NCBI GenBank assembly: GCA_937879955.1
Contig: CALFMK010000001.1
Span: 267,766-331,765, forward strand
DNA length: 64,000 nt
Reading direction: 5' to 3'
Source of the DNA: an uncultured bacterium
Lineage (GTDB): Bacteria; Patescibacteriota; Minisyncoccia; Phycocordibacterales; Phycocordibacteraceae
Shown here one piece after another: positions 58,624 through 64,000 of the stretch. Every line of letters begins with the position of its first letter. The first letter of the stretch is position 1. Below the pieces are notes generated by a model. The model was not told the DNA's origin and ran no database searches. It was given only the letters and a program-made list of their open reading frames with translations. Both the position numbers and the translations under genes were made by a program.

Positions 58624-58995
58624 TTAAAGATTATTAATAAATGCTCTGATATTGTCCCAGCTCCAAAGATTCACTCGCTTTGTGCTAAGTGGGTATGGCA
58701 AGATGGGCCTATCACTACTTGAATACATCAGCATCATCGGTATCCCTTCCTCTTCTGCGGCCCTTATTTCAAAAAGCTGTCCAGTCGCCGAAGGTGTGTG
58801 CTTACTGATTAGCGCAATGACACCATCACACCCCTTGATACGTGACCGACACTTGACCTCCCAATCAGTCTCCCATGGCTGCTTCACAGACATATCCACG
58901 AATTCGAATGGAGAATTCTCGTTCCTTGCCTGGCCAACAAGAAAATCTCTTGAGCGAACATCTTCAATTGCAAATGCAATGAAAATTCTTTTCAT
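58624..58995 (-). CDS. TIR-domain protein (ThsB/DUF1863-like)
   Basis: RIFIAFAIED..DMSVKQPW..RIKGCDGVIALIS..GQLFEI (catalytic Glu)..GIP..WSWDNI. Confidence 0.85.
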   Translation of the reverse strand: MKRIFIAFAIEDVRSRDFLVGQARNENSPFEFVDMSVKQPWETDWEVKCRSRIKGCDGVIALISKHTPSATGQLFEIRAAEEEGIPMMLMYSSSDRPILPYPLSTKRVNLWSWDNIRAFINNL

Positions 58996-59203
58996 GAGGA
59001 AAGTATGAACTCCTTCCAGGAAAAAGCAAACAACACATTTTAGAAATAATCCAGGAAAACTTTAGATTTTCTTTAGATAATCCTACTTATCCCCTTGCAT
59101 GGAATTCTCATCTTGCTAGGGTTAACTAGTTAACCAAGCTCTGAATACCTGCTGGTAGAAGGTATTCGCAAACGACTAACTTACACAGTTAATATGTTTT
59201 GTC

Positions 59204-60478
59204 ATGAGCAAACTATCTTGGACTACGGTCCAAAAGCGGGTGAACGACCTCGTTCCCCAAGAAGTTAATCCCCGTTCTATTACCGACCATCAGATGGCGG
59301 ATCTTAAGCGAAGTCTTAAGAAGTACAACTTAGTAGAGATTCCAGCCATTGATGCCAATGGCAAAATTCTCGCAGGGCACCAACGTATCAAAGCCCTCCA
59401 GCTTCTTGGTAGAGGCGATGAGCTGATAGACGTGCGCTTCCCTTCTCGAAAGCTCACCAAACTAGAGTCAGAAGAGTATCTCATAGCCTCTAACAAGCTT
59501 GGCGGTGATTGGGACTTTGATCTTCTAAAGTCGTTTGATCTAGGTACTCTGGAATTCGCAGGATTTGACCAGATCGAGATTGCAGAGATATGGGACAAAG
59601 ATAAGGAAGTAAAAGACGACGAGTTCGATATAGAGAAGGAACTCAAGCAAATTAAGAAGCCAAAGACTAAGCTTGGAGACGTAATCACTCTAGGCCACCA
59701 TAGAATCCTCTGCGGAGACTCGACCAAATCCGAGAACCTTAAGCGGCTCCTGGGCAATCAGAAGGCTTCAATGATCTACTCCGACCCTGTCTATAATCTC
59801 GACATCAATTATGACGGTGGGGTTAGCGGGAATAAGGAGTACGGTGGCAAGGTAAACGATTCTCGCTCCTTCGAGGAATATCGAACCTTCCTGAGAGACA
59901 GTATGGAAGCGGCACTAGCCGTGTCCTCGAAAGATACCCATGTCTTCTACTGGTGCGATCAGGTATATATCGGCGTGGTTCAGGAAATTTATCGAGCGCT
60001 CGGCATAGCTAATAAACGAGTGTGTCTCTGGCTCAAGAACAACCACAACCCAGTCCCTAGTGTGGCGTTCAACAAGGTATACGAGCCAGTAGTGTACGGA
60101 GTTCGTGGAAAGCCTTATTTAGCTGACACCATGCAGAATCTGAATGAGGTCATGAACAAGGAGATGAGCTCAGGGAATGACCTACTTGATGAAGTAGATG
60201 TCTGGACTGCAAAGCGTCTTTCAGCGAAAGACTATGAGCACGCCACCTCTAAGCCGCCTCAGCTCCACGAGCGAGCCATTAAGCGCTGCACGAAGCCAGG
60301 AGACATCATCCTTGATAGCTTCCTTGGATCAGGCAGTACGCTTATAGCCGGAGAGTCACTCGGTCGCAAGGTTTACGGCTGCGAGCTTGAACCGCAGTTC
60401 TGTGATCTTATCGTACGTAGGTACGAGAAGATGACAGGTAAGAAAGCAGTGTATGAAAAAGACCAAAGCACTGCTTGA
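59204..60478 (+). CDS. ParB-like N-terminal domain fused to an N6/N4 DNA methyltransferase (phage type)
   Basis: NPR..LAGHQR; SDPVYN; HATSKP; DSFLGSGST; ELEPQFCD. Confidence 0.88.
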   Translation: MSKLSWTTVQKRVNDLVPQEVNPRSITDHQMADLKRSLKKYNLVEIPAIDANGKILAGHQRIKALQLLGRGDELIDVRFPSRKLTKLESEEYLIASNKLGGDWDFDLLKSFDLGTLEFAGFDQIEIAEIWDKDKEVKDDEFDIEKELKQIKKPKTKLGDVITLGHHRILCGDSTKSENLKRLLGNQKASMIYSDPVYNLDINYDGGVSGNKEYGGKVNDSRSFEEYRTFLRDSMEAALAVSSKDTHVFYWCDQVYIGVVQEIYRALGIANKRVCLWLKNNHNPVPSVAFNKVYEPVVYGVRGKPYLADTMQNLNEVMNKEMSSGNDLLDEVDVWTAKRLSAKDYEHATSKPPQLHERAIKRCTKPGDIILDSFLGSGSTLIAGESLGRKVYGCELEPQFCDLIVRRYEKMTGKKAVYEKDQSTA

Positions 60479-61037
60479 TAGGCTTGTAGAAGAACTCGAG
60501 AAAACTCCACTGATCCAAATTGCTTGCGACAAAGTCGGTATTTCCAGAAACACCTTCTATCGCTGGATGAAGGAGGACGAGGACTTTCTCGCTCGTGTTA
60601 ATGAAGCCGTATCACTAGGTACGGGTCTTGTTAGTGACGTGGCCATAAGCAACGTACTGGAAGGCATCAAGAAGAAAGATGCCATGTATACGAAGTACTG
60701 GCTAAGCCACAAACATCCTGACTTCCGGCGACCATATGTTCATAGGATCGATGCAGATGATCTCCTTCTACACTCTCGCCTTCTTGCTGAAGGAGCTCAG
60801 AAACATAAGGTTGAGCAACAGATAGCGAATTCACGCGGGTACATCGATGAAGAGATGTCACGGAGACAGGAAGCAGAAGTCGATGACTTTATGGAGAAGT
60901 GGGATCACATCGTAGCCAAGGGAGACGAAGAACGCGCCAAAGTCTTATTCGAGAAGTGGAAGAAGGAATACGAGACTCAAGTGCCAGACACTCCTCCACC
61001 CGACAATAAGAAGCCTCGTAAGAAGAACTGGCGATAA
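60453..61037 (+). CDS. HTH protein resembling a phage terminase small subunit
   Basis: IQIACDKVGISRNTFYRWMKEDEDF..YWL; overlaps the MTase 3' end. Confidence 0.65.
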   Translation: MKKTKALLDRLVEELEKTPLIQIACDKVGISRNTFYRWMKEDEDFLARVNEAVSLGTGLVSDVAISNVLEGIKKKDAMYTKYWLSHKHPDFRRPYVHRIDADDLLLHSRLLAEGAQKHKVEQQIANSRGYIDEEMSRRQEAEVDDFMEKWDHIVAKGDEERAKVLFEKWKKEYETQVPDTPPPDNKKPRKKNWR

Positions 61038-61280
61038 TTATTCTTTCACTTGATCTGCAAGAAGCTTCTTCCCTACTGGAGAATCAACCGGGATCATATT
61101 TGTTGATCCGCAAACTGGGCATGCCTTATGTCGAGAAGTTGATCTCCAAATGGAATAGATGATTCCTGGAATAATGAAGCAGAGGAATAGAACTATCTCT
61201 ATCAACATACTTCCCTTAATTGCCGTACGAGGATTACCTACGTGTCCGCACGATGCACAAATCATTTCTTGCTTAGCCAT
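61038..61280 (-). CDS. Small Zn-ribbon membrane protein
   Basis: CASCG..hydrophobic hairpin (FIIPGIIYSIWR)..CPVCGS. Confidence 0.75.
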   Translation of the reverse strand: MAKQEMICASCGHVGNPRTAIKGSMLIEIVLFLCFIIPGIIYSIWRSTSRHKACPVCGSTNMIPVDSPVGKKLLADQVKE

Positions 61281-61324
61281 TTTGTTGTTGGTTCGGTTTT
61301 GTAATTCCCGATGGCCAGATACAC

Positions 61325-61414
61325 AAAAATCCCGCCACCAGGAGGACCCTTACGGGTATCCCTACCTAAGTTTCCCTAGGTAACCGAACCAACGACCCTG
61401 ATGACGGGGTTTTT
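61325..61414 (-). ncRNA. Structured RNA resembling C4/CI-type antisense RNA
   Basis: 18-bp closing stem, two GNRA-capped hairpins and a single-stranded GUUGGUUCGG matching copies upstream and downstream. Confidence 0.6.
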
Positions 61415-61614
61415 ACGTTGGTTCGGATTTTCGGCCATATCCTTTGGAAACCAAAGGGGTTAGGCCATTTTTATTCAATTGTAGACAGGTTCCCCTGCCA
61501 TCTTCTGATGGTATCGCAGTTCTTAGAGTTTGCTAAGCCTGTCCACGACCATGCGACGAATCCATAGTTCTGCATAGACTATGCACCGGCCACCAGTCTG
61601 GCATCAATTAATAG

Positions 61615-61917
61615 GTGGAGGACAGGGACGTAATCTTAGATAAAGCAGCCCATTACCGTTTTACGAAAGAAGCCGATAGTGCCTACCTGAACAGGATCTC
61701 CCTACTCCCAAATTCCAAGAAGGACTTGAAACGAGCGATCCTTGAAAGGATTGAAGAATTGATAGTTTCCTATAGCTCTCTTGCTACATACGTACCAGAC
61801 GAGTTGATCGATTGGCTCAATACGCACCAAGGTACGGACAGGAGCCGGAAAGTCTATCTACGTGTAATCCGAGATATTGAACGACTTCGATCCGAAGCCG
61901 TAAGTAAATTGAAATAA
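61615..61917 (+). CDS. Hypothetical protein upstream of the recombinase
   Basis: 100-aa ORF ending 4 nt before the recombinase ATG. Confidence 0.6.
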   Translation: MEDRDVILDKAAHYRFTKEADSAYLNRISLLPNSKKDLKRAILERIEELIVSYSSLATYVPDELIDWLNTHQGTDRSRKVYLRVIRDIERLRSEAVSKLK

Positions 61918-61921
61918 CTAT

Positions 61922-63241
61922 ATGCAAACTTTAGAAACCTCACAGATAGGGTTATCGCCCGTCATTATTGAAGAGAAAGTCAAATACTGTTTGTACGCTC
62001 GTAAATCTACCGAGTCCGACGAGAAGCAAGCTCTTTCGATAGATTCCCAGATTAAGGAAATGCTCCAGATTGCCGAGCGAGAGAATCTGGAAATTGTCGA
62101 TATTCGGAGAGAATCTCACTCGGCCAAGGATTCAGGACAGCGACCGGTCTACCAGGAACTTTTAGAGGACATTCGAAGAGGACGATTCAATGCAGTACTA
62201 ACTTGGGCACCTGATCGGTTAAGTAGAAACGCTGGCGACTTAGGAACGCTCGTAGATCTGATGGATCAGAAGCTGCTTCTTGAGATCCGTACCTATGGGC
62301 AACACTTCAGAAACTCCCCTAACGAGAAATTCCTCCTGATGATTCTCTGCTCCCAAGCCAAGCTCGAAAACGATAATAAAAGCATTAACGTAAAGAGAGG
62401 TTTGAAAACGCGCGTAGAAATGGGGCTTTGGCCAAGCCGAGCGCCAACGGGATACCTGAACGAGAAACGAATGGATAGGAAATGCGAGAGTATTCTCGAC
62501 CCAGACAGGGCGATGATAATTAAGAAAATGTTTGAGAAGGTTGCATACGAGAAGTGGAGCGGACGAAAGGTGTATAACTGGCTGAAATTCGAGCTTAACT
62601 TTAAGACCGCTGCCGGCAACAAAAATCTTAGTCTCGGAAATATCTTTAGCATTCTCGAGAATCATTTCTACTACGGGGTCTTTGAGTACCCGAAAAACTC
62701 TGGACGGTGGTATCAAGGGAAACATGAACCACTTATCTCTAAGGAGCTATTTGATCAAGTTCAAGCTCAAATGAAAAGCCAGGTTGTTCGTTCAGAGAGT
62801 AAGGAATTTGCGTTCACGCGTCTTATGGAATGTGGGATGTGCGGTTCAGGTGTTACTGCTGACGAGAAGTTTAAAAAGCAAAAGAATGGAAATATCCATC
62901 GACACGTTTATTACAGCTGTACGAGGTCTAAAGATAGAAATTGTAAGAATGGCTACCTAAACGAAGAAGTTCTTATCGAGCAGTTCGTACAGCTCATGGA
63001 TACTATTGATATCGATGAGATCGGTATTAAAGAAAAGATAAAGGCCGAAGTGGGACGATTCAAAAAGTTCCAACAGTCAGTCCTCGGGGTTACGGAAAAA
63101 GCTGAGGTGAAAGATGTAGATATACGGAACTATGCAAAATACTTATTACGGGAAGGGGTTAGTACAGAGAAACGAGAACTACTTGGTTGTTTAAAAAGCA
63201 GAATAGTCTTACAAGACAAAGAAATCGCACTAAAACCTTAG
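61922..63241 (+). CDS. Large serine recombinase (resolvase, recombinase and Zn-ribbon domains)
   Basis: YARKSTE (catalytic Ser), SAK..RP, DRLSRN, PTGY, HEPLIS, CGMCG..YYSC..C. Confidence 0.93.
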   Translation: MQTLETSQIGLSPVIIEEKVKYCLYARKSTESDEKQALSIDSQIKEMLQIAERENLEIVDIRRESHSAKDSGQRPVYQELLEDIRRGRFNAVLTWAPDRLSRNAGDLGTLVDLMDQKLLLEIRTYGQHFRNSPNEKFLLMILCSQAKLENDNKSINVKRGLKTRVEMGLWPSRAPTGYLNEKRMDRKCESILDPDRAMIIKKMFEKVAYEKWSGRKVYNWLKFELNFKTAAGNKNLSLGNIFSILENHFYYGVFEYPKNSGRWYQGKHEPLISKELFDQVQAQMKSQVVRSESKEFAFTRLMECGMCGSGVTADEKFKKQKNGNIHRHVYYSCTRSKDRNCKNGYLNEEVLIEQFVQLMDTIDIDEIGIKEKIKAEVGRFKKFQQSVLGVTEKAEVKDVDIRNYAKYLLREGVSTEKRELLGCLKSRIVLQDKEIALKP

Positions 63242-64000
63242 AGAGGATTTGTTGCCCCGCGAACCTCGAAGTGTAAATGAGAGCCAGTTGATTTGCCCGT
63301 GCTGCCTACATATCCGATAACCTCTCCTTTATTTACGGAACCTCCTGAGACGGCAAGTGAGGACATGTGCGCGTACAGAGTCTGTGCGCCTCCTCCATGC
63401 TCGATAACGATGTAGTTTCCGTATCCTCCGTTGTAACCTCCGCCACCTTTGGCGATGATAACGGTGCCTCCTGCCGATGCGTAGATAGGATCTCCCGTCT
63501 CTCCATCAATATCTACGGCGTTGTATCCATGATTAGCCTGCGTGATAGCGCCGCCCGGAAGCGGGTTCCCGAACTTTCCTGTAGAACCCGTGCTGTTTGA
63601 TTTCGTTGCTGAAGCTGCGGACTTCTTGGTAGTGCCGGTGCTTGCGACCTTCTTAGGAGTAGATGAGAACGCGCCTCCAGGGACGACTATCTCTGCTCCT
63701 GCCTTTAGCCCCGCACCCTCATCAATACCGTTATAGAGCGCAATATCAGACACGTCAGAGCCATATTTCTTAGCGATAGACTGGAGTGTTTCTCCCGAAA
63801 CTACTTTGTGCTGAACGCCTGATACGGGAAGAATGATAAGCTCGTCGCCTATGCGAATAGTGCTAGCATCACGAATATCATTCGCCCAGAGGATGGTGTT
63901 GCTTGATACGCCGTGTTCCTCGGCAATTTCAGAAAGCGAATCGCCTTCTTTCACGGTGTAGAGGGAAATTCCCGACTTCTTCGGCTTTGCAGTGTTTGAG
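63238..64000 (-). CDS. LysM-domain M23 peptidase, 5'-partial
   Basis: Two LysM repeats; HGYNAVD, YAHM, STGSHLHFEV; reading frame continues past the window end. Confidence 0.92.
   Translation of the reverse strand, partial: SNTAKPKKSGISLYTVKEGDSLSEIAEEHGVSSNTILWANDIRDASTIRIGDELIILPVSGVQHKVVSGETLQSIAKKYGSDVSDIALYNGIDEGAGLKAGAEIVVPGGAFSSTPKKVASTGTTKKSAASATKSNSTGSTGKFGNPLPGGAITQANHGYNAVDIDGETGDPIYASAGGTVIIAKGGGGYNGGYGNYIVIEHGGGAQTLYAHMSSLAVSGGSVNKGEVIGYVGSTGKSTGSHLHFEVRGATNPL

Larger units (their letters stand above)
56000..63241. mobile_element. Lower-GC integrated island with large serine recombinase, defence cargo and phage-like remnants
   Basis: Clear GC drop, terminal recombinase, ParB-MTase and TerS-like genes; boundaries approximate and att sites not found. 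Confidence 0.7.

Noticed and set aside
59120-59135. TTAA..TTAA as a possible CtrA site, given the presence of gcrA
   Set aside because: The spacer is 4 nt; CtrA needs TTAA-N7-TTAA

Overview
GC-rich chromosomal segment that looks like a Patescibacteria/CPR genome, probably Parcubacteria. This is inferred from protein families, scarce Shine-Dalgarno motifs and the gene set. About 1-54 kb is housekeeping, envelope and stress genes: hsp20, lepA, murJ, htpX/lemA, groESL, secG, rnj, mutY/nth, bcp, msrB, dsbA, a DEAD-box helicase, typA, mltG, a PIF1 helicase, RND and ABC exporters, a two-component system, a pilin and an ECF sigma factor. It also holds four tRNAs, RNase P RNA and a likely unannotated 6S RNA. 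Notable accessory content: (1) a close homologue of the Caulobacter cell-cycle regulator GcrA sitting among CPR-like genes; (2) a lower-GC island at about 56-63.2 kb ending in a large serine recombinase, carrying a tight five-gene operon (TIR, TIR, RipA/8xMP-like membrane protein, multi-TM protein, HEPN-motif protein) that looks like a Thoeris-like defence system without a canonical ThsA; (3) in the same island, a C4/CI-like structured antisense RNA with target copies flanking it, one of them next to a start codon. All family calls come from motif recognition by eye; no database searches were run.
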